Part shown: positions 24,529 through 37,645 of the stretch, piece after piece
Numbering within the stretch: the stretch's first letter is position 1
Layout: each line of letters begins with the position of its first letter
NCBI GenBank assembly: GCA_013265495.1
Contig: MU057640.1
Span: 2,009,405 to 2,073,404, forward strand
Source: Vicugna vicugna
Taxonomy: Eukaryota
DNA: 64,000 nt
Direction: 5' to 3'
Made by a program: the position numbers and the translations under genes
Notes under the pieces: generated by a model
What the model was told of the DNA's origin: nothing
The model's database searches: none
Seen by the model: only the letters and a program-made list of their open reading frames with translations

Positions 24529-25687
24529 TGAGAGCACTGTCACACTCAGTCCCTGGCTTCCATCAGAGTGGATTCCCGAGGAATCTTAGTGGGCAGGGAA
24601 ACTCCTTGTATAAAATCAGTCCGTCTTTCAGTTGAGATAGAGGAGGTAGAATGAGTGCCAGTGAAATTGGTTTAAGAAGAGAAGAATGAGGCACCAGAGG
24701 CGATAATTCTGAGCTCTTACTAGCAGGCAAGGTTGGCAGTGTGTAATTCTGATCTACTGCACAAAACAGAACTTACAGATTTATTTTTCCGCTTGAAGGA
24801 AGGGTGCCTGTGATTGCAAAAAGGATTTTCCTCTTTGGTGGAACAGCAGGTAAAGCAAACCCATCCTACCTGTTTGCATTTCTACCTAAACACCCCAGCC
24901 TGAGGTCCCCACCAGAGAAGGCGCCGTATAAGAAAGAGGAGATGTGCTGTTTAAGCTGTGAGGCCCATTCAGGTGACTATGTCAACTTGGAGAGCTTGAC
25001 CTGGTGGGTAGGACTACAGCCCTCCTGACGGCCTCGGGGTAGCAATAATCAATTGTCATAACTGCTTAGTGTTTAATAGCAGGAAACTGAGAAGTAACTG
25101 TTTATTAAACATCTGGAATCTATAAACTAGACTGTAAAGCAAGTGTTAGACATAATTAAATGATGAGTTGGTAGGAACTTCAGTCTCTTTCCTTGGCTGA
25201 ATCAGCAGGTGCTGGGAGTACACGTCTTTGCCTTGGAAACTTGGATTTTCCCTTAACCTAAACTGCATGGCAGAGAGGATGCAATTTGCTAAGTGGTATA
25301 TGCTTAAAGTCACTCTGAGCATCCTGTCCAGAGAGGGAGGAATTAGGACTTGGGGCCCCAGAAACTCCACTCTCCGCATCCTTCAGCTTTGAGTCCAGAA
25401 ACCTTTCAGACTTTGTTTTGCTCCCAGCTGTTCCAGATGTGGCTTATTTTTCTGTTGATGCTATTGTGAATCTGTTAATTCAAAAGATACATTTTAAATT
25501 ACTTAGGTAGTAAGTGTTTTTGTTGTATAAAAATTAGAAAGTAGAGATAAAAAGAAGAGAAAAATCACCCATAATGTTTTCCTTCAGAGTATAAGTCTTA
25601 CATTTGGCATATTTTCCCAGAAATTTTTGGAGTATATATGGCTTATATATACACAGCACACTTTCCAATTTATGTTATCTTTTTAAG

Positions 25688-25822
25688 CTTTTTTTTTTTT
25701 TTTTGGTGGGGGTAGGTAATCAGTTTTATTTGTTTATTTATTTAATGGAAGTCCTGGGGATTGAACCCAGGACCTCGTGCATGCTAAGCACGTGCTCTAC
25801 CCCTGAGCGATACCCTCCCACC
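25688..25822 (-). mobile_element. tRNA-derived SINE (Vic-1-like)
   Basis: Poly-T, then ggggattgaacccaggacctcgtgcatgctaagcacgtgctctacccctgagcgataccctcc. Confidence 0.88.
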
Positions 25823-27189
25823 TTCAATTTACTTTAAAATAGCTGTTGCTACCTTTGCCTCTTCTACCCACACCACCTTCCCTCTTAATAAAAGCAAAAT
25901 TCATCCTTGTGTGAGTATAGAACATTAAATACATATTTTAGGTATAATGCATGTGAAGGATTTAAGTTTCATAAAATGAAATCTGGTTTCTCTTTTCCTT
26001 CTGACATTATTCTCTACTGTATGATTATTATCATCCCTCCTCCAAAATTCTGTTCTTTAAATGTATGAAGTAAATTAAAACTTTTGGTGACCCCCCTTTT
26101 CGAAGTAATTTCTACCTAGAGACTGCTTTGGTTGATGGGGTAAGAATAAGATGTGTTGGTAGAAAATGTGATATAGAAGTGGGATTTAAGAAATTTTTTC
26201 TTATAGCCTTATTATGCTGGGAGAGCTGGGCAAAGTGTATTAACCTTATATAATTGAGCCCATTTAGAAACTTGGGCTAGGAAGATGGAATTGTAAAAGT
26301 TAATAATTTCCTCTATGAAGTTTTAAATCTGGGTGTAAATTCAAGCTGTAAATACAAGATTTTACGTTTTTATGATTTACGTTTGGAAAGGAAAAGCTAA
26401 CTTGCCAAGGTTCTGCTGTTCGCAGGAGATGGCAAGAGATCTGACTGTCATCTGTTACTCAGGAGACAAAGCATTGGTCCTTCTTTGTCCTTAGGTGGAG
26501 TTTAGGATTGCCGAGGGGGGCCCTCAGATACAGTGTATGATGGCAGGAGTGGGACTTACACATAGGGCAGTATTATAAAGGACCTCATCAAGACAGTTGA
26601 TGCCCTGAAATGTGCATAGTCCATTGGGCTGCGTGGTTGGTGCTGACGCTGGTGCCTGCTGTAAGTCTCACGTGTTGAAATGGGTAGCTCCTTGACATTT
26701 GTCTGTAGGTGGCTGTTTGCCTGGATTTGAATTTATTCAACGTGAGCCTTGATGACATCGTTATTCTCATTCCATTGCTCTGTGTGCATAACTTGAAAAT
26801 CACTTTAGAAATGTTATGCCGCTCCTTTGCCTCCAGTTTGAGAGTCATAACTTCTTTGTATTTTGCAGACCTGGGGATACTGGCCTGTCTCTCTTGATTT
26901 TTCTTAGGGATTCCAGAGAGTTGAATTTTGGTCACGGTTACATGAGGGCAGAATTCTATGAAGTGTATGTGTTAGTTGACTTTGAACCATTAGTGAAAAG
27001 AGTAAGTATATAAGGGGGCTGTCTTTGTGGAAAAAGAAAGTAGTTGGTGATAAACATCTACAGAAGGTTCAGTAAAAAAGTGATTTATTAACTGCTTTAT
27101 TATCCTGATGACCCACTTAAAAAAGTCACGTGCTGTTTACTGTCAGTAGATGTGTACAGCATGTAACATCCTGTGTTCATATATCATCT

Positions 27190-27695
27190 GCAATAAATTT
27201 GGGTTTGATTGCACCTAACCTAAGAAACAAAACAAAATAGCAGTGGCTAAGACAAAGTATACGTTCGTTTGTCTGAAAACAGGTCTGTAGGGCCTTAGGG
27301 CATCTCCACATGTCATCAGGGACCCAAGCTCCTGTTTTCATTCCATCATCCCAGCACATGGCTTGCATCTTGGGGTCACCTTACGGTCTAAGATGTTTGC
27401 TGAAATGCCAGCTATTTGGTCCAAGTCACAGGCCCGAAGGAGCAGGAAAAGCAGAAGCAGAGAAAAACTGCTCCCGTGGCTGAGTTGCCTCCTGTTAACT
27501 TCCCAGAAGCCCAGCACAACACGTCTGCGTGCATTCAGTGGCCAGAAAGGAGTCACATAGCCATGGCTGGTGTTGGGGAGTCTGGGAGATGGAGGCTTTC
27601 ATTCTGAGTGGTGTTGAGTCTGGCTAATAATCAGGGTCTGTTACCAAGGAAGAGAGGGGGCATGGCTAGTGGGGAATCAGCGGGCAGTCTTACCA
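27190..27695. mobile_element. Ancient MaLR LTR (MLT1J/K-like)
   Basis: gtcatcagggacccaagctcc...aagatgtttgctg...gtcacatagcca...gggagtctgggagatg motifs. Confidence 0.6.
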
Positions 27696-28470
27696 TGGAA
27701 CCTTGGGACTCGTGTGGGGAAGAGCTATTAGCTGTTTAGCATCACACAGTCAGACAAGGTTAGCCAGGCCCTGGGACACATGGCTCAGACCCCTGACTTA
27801 ACAGATGGTTTCTACTGCTTTACTGCATTGCATCATTAACTTAAAAATCTCTTCTTCAAACTGCTCATTAAAAGCTCTGGCTATAAAAGTGGAGTTATGT
27901 GTCTCTGCCCCTCAGATTGGGGAAAACCAGCTTCTTGATTTGTTAGCAAAGGTGTTAGTGAGAGATCATCTTTTAGTGGAAAGACTGTCCTTTTGGGGGC
28001 AGGTAAGTGGATTTCAGGATTTTGGCTTAAAGGCATTTGGCAGAATAGCAGTTTAATAGGGGCCATTAAAAGTCAAATCAGTGTAAAAATGAGATCATGT
28101 GAAAAAGCTTTGGAAGATGAAAAGCCTTACTCAGAGTGAAGGTAGTATTATTACTTTTATGTTATTATTAAATAACTTTTTTCCTCTCCTTAGAAAACAG
28201 AAAAATATAGAACTAAATATGGTGCGTGTTTTTCCAATTTTTGCATTTATGGATATTTGTTTTCACCCCTAAGGGAAATCCGAGTAAGTGCATTGCTGTA
28301 GTGTGCCTTCTCCCTCCCCTTCTTGTCAGTGTATTGTGACCACGTTCTGATGTAAGTATTCTTCTGCTGCAGAAAAGGTTGTAGAGTATTCCACTCTTTA
28401 GGTGTAGATGTAGTGTATTAACTAAAGCAAACTCCTACATCAGCATCGTCACCAAACCCCCTAATAATTA

Positions 28471-28492
28471 ATGATGATGATGATGATGATGA
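28471..28492. repeat. (ATG)n microsatellite
   Basis: About 7 units seen directly. Confidence 0.85.
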
Positions 28493-30517
28493 AGAAACAG
28501 GCAGCTAGTGCTTATTGAGTGCCTGCTCTAGGTCAGCCGCTGTCTAGGCATTTCACATGGATTCTCACCTAGTTCTCACGGCAACCCAGTGCCTTTGTTT
28601 TTATGAGGAGGCTGAGGCTCGGAGGGGCGGCCGTCTCTCTGGGAGCTCACTGCCAGTCCTGAGAGCAGCCGTCGGCCCGGGTCTGGCTCCTCGGCTTGTG
28701 TTCCTGTCTGCTGCCCCGCTGCTGGCATTCTGCTGGGGGGCGGCTGGGGTGTTTCACGGCCCCACTATTCATTTCGTGTGCCCTATAGTGCCTTAGTTTC
28801 ATATGATTAGGAATAATACTCCTCTGCTCACAGAGCCTTAGCATCCACAGTTCATTAATGTATGATCAACTCAGCCTTCATTTCGTAGGAGCGGAGGTGA
28901 GTGAGAAGTGTATCTGGTCTGGGGCTAGCCACGCCTGCCTTCCTCCTTTCAGACGGCCCCTTAAACAGGACGTCTTTGCTGCCTTAGCTCCCTCTTCTTC
29001 CTCTGAAAGCATTTTCCCCTCAAGCCAAGCTGGTTTCCCCTTCCCCCCGGAATACCCTCTGGCCCTCCCAGCCGCGTACCCTTGCCATGGAAATAACCTT
29101 ACTTTGGGGGCTACGCTCGCCTCATCCCTCTGCCTCTCCAAACCCTACCCGTTTTCCTGTGCTCATCTCAAACCTGGCTACTTTTCCTTCCCGCTAGCCC
29201 GTCACTGTAGACAGTGTTAAGTAGTCATTTGGTGCCTAACATAGATTGCCTGGCTAGTATGCAAAAGAATATTAGGATGACAAGGGACCAGAGCTGCTGG
29301 TCCAGTGGTTGCAAGCACAGATGCCTTCTGTGACGCCGGAGGGCCCGGTGGGCCTGCTGCTGAGGGAGTGCGCGCTCTGCCCAGCACAGCACAGGCCGCC
29401 AAAGGACACGGCCAGACGCCGCGCTGCTCAGTTCCGTCCCCCCAGCCTCCTCTCTTTGTTGGCTCTGATTTCAGGAGCATTCCCTACGTCTCCAAGTAGA
29501 CGTTGTGTCTTTAGCTTCCAGGCAAATGAATGAGTGAATAAGTGAAGAAAGTATCACTTTCTGGTCTACTTGAAGGGTCTCCAGATGTAAGAATTCCCCG
29601 TCTCTTGTCTGAGGACGTTCCTAAGGCCTCACTCGCTTGGAGGCTGCTGTCCTTCCTCAGCATAACCTCCAGGCCTGGGATCTTGCCTAATGCCAACCTG
29701 TTCTGGGTGCCGAGCGTGGCATCTTTATGGTGCATTTGTGACCCACCTCTGATGCCCCCACCTTCTTCCTTCCCGCACCCTTCCCGGGTGCCAGCCCTAA
29801 GTAACTCCTGCTGGCCTGACCCTTGTCTCTACTGCGGCCTGTTGGAGCCGGCCACTCCCAGATGTTGCCTGGATCTCCCACCAGTCTGTCCTCTCCAGCC
29901 TCAGCTTCTTCTGTTCCCAGCTGTGAACCCCCTGTCAGGCTCCTCCCAGGGTCCGTCCTGGTTTTGTTAAATTGTGTGTTTGGATTGGCTGTTCCTCTTG
30001 CAAATGGAGGCCCAGCGCACCCCCCCAGCCCCCCTGCCCCCAATTCCATGCTCACATGTGCTTCAGGCTTTTCTCCAGCCACCTCTCAGAGTTCACAAGG
30101 TGAGGAAGTGGGAGACCTGCTTTCTTGAAGTATGAGGAGTTCAGAGTGTCCATTGTGCCCTTGGCCTCAGGCTGGCTGTCATATTCTGAGCCGCAGCCCC
30201 AGACTGCATTTCCTGTGCAGAATTTCTCCAGGCCGAGAGTCTGCTTGCTGCGAGGTGTGTGGAACTTTGTGACCCCCTGAGTCCACCGTCTTGTGTCCAT
30301 GTTCCTGTACATGAAGGTAGAGCATGCTCCCACCTGAGGGATGTGGCAACTAAGGCACAGGCATCCTGGCCAGGGGCCGTGTGGCAGAGAGGGCTTGCCT
30401 AGTAGAGGGTGAGGAGTAGCCATTATTCTCCCGTAGGAGAGTAAGAGGAACGGTACCTCATTCCCAGGATGGATCTGCAGGCAGTGAAGTATCAGCTAGA
30501 GAACCCAGTTCCCAGTC

Positions 30518-30615
30518 TTTTTTTTTTTTCTTTTAATGGAAATATTGAGGATTGAACCCAAGACCCTGTGTATGCTAAACATGTGCTCTACCCCTGAGCT
30601 AAACCCTCCCTCCTC
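30518..30615 (-). mobile_element. tRNA-derived SINE (short form)
   Basis: Poly-T, then gattgaacccaagaccctgtgtatgctaaacatgtgctctacccctgagct. Confidence 0.85.
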
Positions 30616-33539
30616 CAACTCTCTGTCCCTTTGGAGAGGTGTGTAAATGACCTTTTCTGTGCCTTCTGAACTCATACTCAAATGAGATACTCCCAACAAT
30701 ACCCGGTTTAGGTACTGCTGAGTCTGTCCGCATTATTCTCCCCATTTCTGGTCTTTGTGGTTCTTTGCTACAAGTTCCCTCTTATAGAGAGGTGAAGGGT
30801 GATGGACACATTTTGAGGGTTTTCCTGGCAAAAGTGTGCAAGCTCTCAGTGAATTAGATTTCTTCTTTGGTTGCAGGAGACCATACCCAAGGTTAGCTAG
30901 CAGCCACCAGGCATGTCCCAGAGTATTGTGTTCAGTTGATGGGTAGCATTTTCCATGAATACAGAGACACATTCTGCATGTCAGAATAAACATACGAGTG
31001 AGCAAAGCTGAAATGAGGCAGATAGCCAGCCAGGTGACCGTGACCCAGCAGGAGAGCCCGACGAGGCCAGGAAGTCGGACCTGCAGGCCGCGCTGGGCCT
31101 CTCAGTTTTTTTGACTTTTCTGGGAACCATGCTTTCCCCTCTCACCTGGGCACGGCCGTCTCCTGCACAAAGGTGGTTCTCATTTGTGTGTCATTTTGAA
31201 CACTCAGTGCTGAGACTCTAACAGGAATTAAAAACAGCAAAAACAGGCCCTGCCCTCAAGGAGCTCCCTGTGGGGTCAGGGAGAAGGGCCTAAAGCCAGC
31301 ATACTGGCGCCCAGTGTGAGCATGTTCCCCCGGGAGGCCTGGTGCCCCTGCCGGTCCCTGAGGATGCTCTCACCTCAGCTCTTTCCTGAAGTTGGAGGGG
31401 CTGAGAGCGCCTTGTAAGGATTCATGAGGGAAACTGCCCCGTCTGTGGAACATTTGCCCTCATATCCCCCAGCTTCCTCGGGGAGCCACCTGCCTTTCCT
31501 TCGCCTGGTGACTCTGGGGTCTTCTCTGCAGCTTCCCCAGGGGCAGGGAGTAGCTGGGGACCCTGGACAACATTTAGGCCCCTACCAAGCAAGTGTTAGA
31601 GTTAGAGCAGAAGATGTTGTGTGAAGACTCTTGGTCGCTATTTCTGGGCTATGACTGAGCCCTTAGCTTGGGGTAAGGGGTCAGGTTCAGGGGAAGAAAG
31701 GCTTTGAAGGGGATATGGGCTCTGATTTCCACACGATTCTTCAGTCTCTTCCCCTTTACCTGCATTTCCTCTGATTCAAGCCACGATCACCTTGAAAGTC
31801 AGGTAAATTATTATGTCTTCTCTTCTCCACACCCCTCCCCGGGCAAACCTGGTAACAGTGGAGTTGCCATCTCCCCCTTTGGCAGGTGGCTTGCGGCACT
31901 GTCATCGCTCAGGGTCAAGATTTGAGTTCTGGATCTCGAAGGAGACAGGATGAGAGTCTGCCTGTGTCTCTTTTGCTCCGTGTCTTTGGGAAAATTTTCC
32001 ATTCCTGACTTGGTACTTCCCCTCATTCTCACGAGGTAGCTCAGGTCACTTGCAGATGGGGAAACCAGGACACAAGACAGTGGCAGTGGTCCGGTTGAGT
32101 CAAGAGAAACATGTGGCTTCTTCCCCAGGTCACCCGTCTATTTACTTTGGAGTCCCCGCCAGGACCCCCATCAGCTCCCTGTGAGCCACACTTGCTCCTC
32201 TTACTAAGAAGGGGTTGTTCATGGAGTGCTTGAACCTCTTGGAGTCTATGTAGAATACGTGTAGATTTATTTTGAGGAGAGAGGGTTACAGCTTTTACTA
32301 ATCCAAGAGTCAGAGAAGGCTATGAAACATCATTGTGGAGAACTTCTTAAATTGGGCATCTGGGAAGAGGCAGACAGGTGCAGTGGACAGAACAACGGCC
32401 TGGTACCCCCTTGGCACTGCCTGGCTGGGTGGCCCTGCGCACATCTCGTGATCTCTCTGGGCCTCAGATTCCTTGTCTGTAAAATGAGAGGTTTGGAGCA
32501 GTTGGTCCCTGAGGTCCCTCCCAGGCCTGACCTTATGTGACTTGAAGCGTGAATGTGTGTGTTTTGAGGGTGGATGCTAACAGTCTGCCTTAATCTGTGT
32601 GTTGGGCTATGGCGCCCCCAGGCTCCCTGCCTCTGACTTCGTTGCAGGGGCCGAGGCTCCTGGTGGGGAGTCTTCCTCAAGCCCTTTAGTGAGAAGACAG
32701 CTGCCAGGAGCCCACAGGTGCTCCCTTCCCCCTTTGCTGCCCAGGGCATGACAGATGGCCTTGCTGAGACAAGGTACTCCGGTCACATGAATCTTGACAG
32801 GGACTCACAGTACACCAAGGGCAGCCTTCATCCTGGGAGCAGGTCGCTGTTAGTCAAAGGCCACTTCTGTCCTTGCAGCTGAGCAGGGGGCATCCTGGTG
32901 TCTCAGAGTTTTTCTGCTGGCTCCCCGCTCACTTCTCTGATTCAACAAAAGGCTTTCTCACACAGGACTGAAGACCACTCGGGTGGCTTTAATTGTGTGG
33001 CCCTGTGCCCACTCACCAACAGAACTGCTGGAGACAGTGCCTGTGCAGCGCACTAGACGGACCATGAGACACAGAAAGGAGACACGTTAAAGTGTGGGTC
33101 ACGTGTCCCTTTCCCTCCTAACTTCCCCGGGAGTTTGCTCTCTGTAGGAAACTTGGAGGTTTTGATTTGAGAAGAAAGAATTTCCCCCTTAAGCATGGCA
33201 TGACATTATGAACCACTGTGGTCTAATGGAAGGAGCAGGGCTTGGGAGTCGGAGAGACTTGAATTTAAGCTAGTTCTTGAGCCCCTGGCATTGGGCATGC
33301 CTCTTGGAGTGCCAGGATGCTCACCTGTAAACTGTAGACAATAAAGAACAGAGCAGTGATGTTTTAAGGTGGCATGAGATGGTATGTATGTGCCAGACAT
33401 CACACAGGAACCACAGTCAGTGCAGAGGCTGCCCCCTTCCCCTCTTACTGAGGAATAGGAGAAACGTCTTTCTATCCCTTGGTATTTTAGGTGTACCCAG
33501 GGTGTAGTTGGGTTTCCTTTTTTATTAAAGCAGTATGAG

Positions 33540-33748
33540 TTTGTTTTCTAGGTCTGTGAGTCTGTTTCTGTTTTGTAAATAAATTCATTTGTATCCTTTT
33601 TTTTAGATTCCACATATAAGTAATATCATATATTTGCCTTTCTCTGACTGAACTTCACTTGGTTATGATAATCTCTACGTCCGTCCGTGTTGCTGCAAAT
33701 GGCATTTCATTCTTTTTGGTGGCTGACTAATATTCCATTGTGTGTATG

Positions 33749-33783
<35 letters not shown>

Positions 33784-33999
33784 ATGTGATACATATATAT
33801 ATCACATCTTCTTTATCCAGTCATCTGCGATGGATTTTTAGGTTGCTTCCATGTCTTGGCTATTGTAAACAGTGCTACTATGAGCATTGAATATGAAAAA
33901 ACATGTATATAAATATATAACCGAGTCACTGTGCTAGTTTCACCAGAAACTAACACAACGTTGTAAATCAACTATATATCAATTTTAAAAATATACAAA
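33540..33999. mobile_element. 5'-inverted L1 insertion
   Basis: Antisense L1 segment (33540 to ~33889) joined to a sense L1 3' terminus (~33890-33999); TSD ATTAAAG(C/T)AGTATGAG at 33524-33539 and 34000-34015. Confidence 0.85.
33740..33802. repeat. Compound (TA)n(TG)n microsatellite within L1
   Basis: Seen directly. Confidence 0.9.
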
Positions 34000-36089
34000 A
34001 TTAAAGTAGTATGAGGATTTTAGACAGCCCTGAGCTGCCTTCTCCAGAGTCAGCCAGGGGTGTTTTTATTGGTCCCCCTGAAACGGACAGATTTGTTTCA
34101 GCCAAAGCCATTGAAAGGCATCTGTCCCCTCCCTGCACCTTCCTACTGTGCGTGGACCTCTTGTGGGAAAAACCTATCTGTGCCTCACTCTCTCTGGATG
34201 CAACTTTAGCTCGCAGTGCTTGGCCCGCTGAGAAACGCTGCCTCGTCTTGTTATGGCCTTTGGCCTGATTGAAAGGGACAGCTGGCCAGTTTTATGGCTC
34301 TGCTGGCCTCTCAGCTGATAATGAAAATGCTTTTGCCCCAGGAGGAAGGCAATATATTTCTCTCACTCCCTTGTCTGCTGCCAAGGTCAAAGGGAATGCC
34401 CTTGCTCACATCCCCCTCCCAGCTTCCCCAAATCAACTTAGCATTCTTGTTGCACAGTCTCTTTTAGGACTCTGGAATATTTAAGTTAGCTAAAGAGATT
34501 TTGAGTATTATTGTCTTCTTTTGGAAGGAGAATGGACCTCTTTTCTGTCTCTGTATAGTGGCTTTATTTCCAAATCTGATTGTGTCAAGCACTTAGAGGG
34601 TCCTCAAGAAATGTTTGTGGTTTTGATCATCACAGATTCCAGCCCTGTGCCTGTTCTCAAGCATGAACCCCCCTGCCCCCCAAGACATTCTCCAAACAAT
34701 GCCCAGACTCTCCTCCTTTGGAGCCCACATTTGGGATGTAAACCCCTTTTTCCACTGGAGACAAACCCTGGGTGAGACTGGGTTTGAGTCCTGGCTCTCT
34801 TGCTAGCTGGGACCTTCAGCAAAGGATATGCTCTCTGTGCCTTAGTTCCCGAGAATGTAAAATGGGAATAATTAGAATCCTACCTATCTCATTTTTCAGG
34901 GTGCAGATGAGGATTAAATAAAATCATCTGGGTGAAGCTCTTAGCAGTGTCTGGACCATAGTAAGTGGTCCGTACATCTGTTGGTCATCATCCCTGTAAT
35001 TCCAGCAGCTGTTTTATTCCTCAGTATTTAGATCCGCAATCTGTGATCTCGTGCTTTTGAGTGTAATTTGTCTTATATTTGCATTTTCATGTTTAGTCAT
35101 ATTCTCTCCATTTGCACTATAGCTTTTTACAATTCAGCATGCAGTGCATACACACAGGGTCAAAACAGTACAAAATTGAAATGCAAGAAAAGTCAGTCTT
35201 TTATTTATCCTAAACCCTTAATTTACTTTCTAGAAGCCAGTGAAATTAAGGGTGTTGTGGTTTGTTTTTTGTTTTTTTGGTTTTTTTGGTCTCCTTTAAT
35301 GCTTTTTTTCCCATGAGAATAATAATCCCAGTAGGATTCTTGACAGCAGAGGTGGTGGTGTTTTCGGTCTTCCACCTTCCCCTGCTCCCTTCCTCCCCCG
35401 CCTCCTCAATCATGTCTCACACAGGACTGGCACGTGGCAGTCCAGATGTTCACTAACAATTCCAGTTTTGCTGTGAAATCTTCCCTTTTCTGCCCCTAGT
35501 TTCTTTCTGGATGGACTCAAACTCCTTTACTGAGTGAACTGCATTAGTTCTTGTCCAGCCCTTGCTTTTATATACATTCGCTTCATAAACTTTTGAGGAG
35601 CTTCGGACCCTAGAGGAAGGGTTCCTTGGAGCGGCTCAGGAAGTCAGAAGCCTCTCCTCTGAAGGCTCCGTCTGTCTGCTCATCCCTGGGAGCAGAGTTG
35701 GGGGTGGGGAAGGGACGAGGCCTGTCCCTGCACCCGTGGGGCTGCAGGGCCCTGGCAGTGAGGGATCTTGTGACCAAGACCTTTCCCTGCAAATCCTTGG
35801 GACTTGTTTGTGGCCTGATGTGCCTGATGAGGCAATGTAACAGGAAGAGTTATGATTGAAAAAAGGAAAAAAGTTATCCCAGATTCCACTGTGCAGATGT
35901 GGCTGCTGTAATTGTTATATGAGATTTGCTCATTCTTGTCTATGTTCCTCATCTTCTCATTTTAGTCACAGTGTACATGCTGTCTGGACGTTATTTTTTT
36001 GTTTCTGCAGTCTGTTCATCTTTAGAATCCAAGAGGGATTATCCATGGTCGGGGAAAAGAGAGATAATCTTCAGTTTCCAGTCATTCTT

Positions 36090-36222
36090 TTTTTCAGGGG
36101 AAACAGGTCACTAGGTTTGTTTGTTTGTTTGTTTGTTTTTGATGGAGGTACAGGGAATTGAACCCAGGACCCCGTCCATGCTGAGCATGTGCTCTGCCCC
36201 TGAGCTATACCCTCCCCTCTCT
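36090..36222 (-). mobile_element. tRNA-derived SINE (Vic-1-like)
   Basis: SINE body with TSD AGTCATTCTT at 36080-36089 and 36223-36232. Confidence 0.88.
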
Positions 36223-36649
36223 AGTCATTCTTAACTTTCCCTTGTGTTTACTGATGAGAACCTTAAAAGAACCTTAAGTTGTGACCTGGAGAAGTTGAGC
36301 AGCTTGCCTAAAGCCATGCTTTTGGGGTTCTGGGGTCTCATGACCATATTCTTGCTGTCAGCCACCCCCAGACCCTGACAGCAGGCCTGTTACTCTGCCC
36401 GGCCTGCCAGCCTGTCCCCAATATGACGGGCAGCATTGGCACAAGGATCTAGACACTGTCCGTGGAATCAGGGATGACTGACTTATAGGGCCCAGGGGTC
36501 AGAGCTGAGGAGGGAAGTCTGTTTCCCGCTCACCAGAACTTGGTCACTTTCTTCACTGTTGTGTAGAAAGATAACAGTATTCACCACTCTTCCAGGTGCT
36601 TTAATTTTCAGGAAGAAAAGACAGTAAAAACATTTTTGTTTCATCTTTT

Positions 36650-37645
36650 TTTCCTTAGCTTTATTGAGCTATAATTGACATACAACATTGTGTAAGTTTA
36701 AGATGTACAACGTGATGATTTGGCACACTTACATATTGTGAAATGATTACCACCGTAGGGTTAGTTAACACATCATTCACCTCACATAATTACCATGTTT
36801 TTATGTGGTGAGAACGCTTAAGATTTACTCTCTTAGCCACTTTCAGGCCTGTAATACCGTGTTATTAACTGTGATCGCCGTGCTGTGCATTAGATTCCCA
36901 GAACTTACTCGTCTTAGAACTGGAAGTTTGTACCCTTTGACCAACATCTCCCTGTTCCTCCCGCCTCCCAGCCCCTGGCAGCCACCATTCTGCTCTCTCT
37001 TTTTGTAACTTTGGCTTTTTAAGATTCCCACATATAAGTGAGATCGTACAGTGTTTGTGTTTCTCTGACTTATTTCACTTAGTGTAATGCCTTCAAGGTT
37101 CATCCATGTTGTCCCAAATGGCAGGGTTTTCTTCTTTTTTTATGGTTGAAGAGTGTTTCCGTGTGTGTGTGTGTGTGTGTGTGTGAGATCTTTCCTATCC
37201 ATTCATCCATAGATGGACACTTAGATCTTTTTTAGGCATCTTGGCTCGTGTGAATAATGCTACAATGAACGTGAGAGTGTGGCTGTCTCTCCCAGGTAGT
37301 GATCTCATTTCCTTTGGTTGTACACCCGGAAGTGGGATTGCTGGGTCATATGGTAGTTCTGTGTTTTAATTTCTTGAGGAACCTCAATACTGTTTTCCAC
37401 AGTGGCAGCACCAGTTTGCATTCCCACCAACAGTACCTGAGGGTTCCCTTTGCTCCGTGTCCTCTCTGACCCTTGTTTCTTGTCTTGATGACAGCCATTC
37501 TGACAGGTGTGAGGTCATAGCTCATTGTGGTTTTGATTTGCAGTTCCCTCATCTTTTGTGATGTTAAATGCTTTTTCATGTATCTGTTGGCCATCTGTAT
37601 GTCTTAAGAAAAATTTCTGTTCGAGTCCTATGCCCATTTTGTCAT
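36650..37645 (-). mobile_element. L1 (L1MA-like) 3' ~1 kb
   Basis: ORF2 C-terminal remnants (MANRYMKK...IKTTMSY.LTPVRMA; MNLEGITLSEISQ) plus 3' UTR. Confidence 0.88.
37160..37185. repeat. (GT)n microsatellite within L1
   Basis: About 12 GT units seen directly. Confidence 0.9.
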
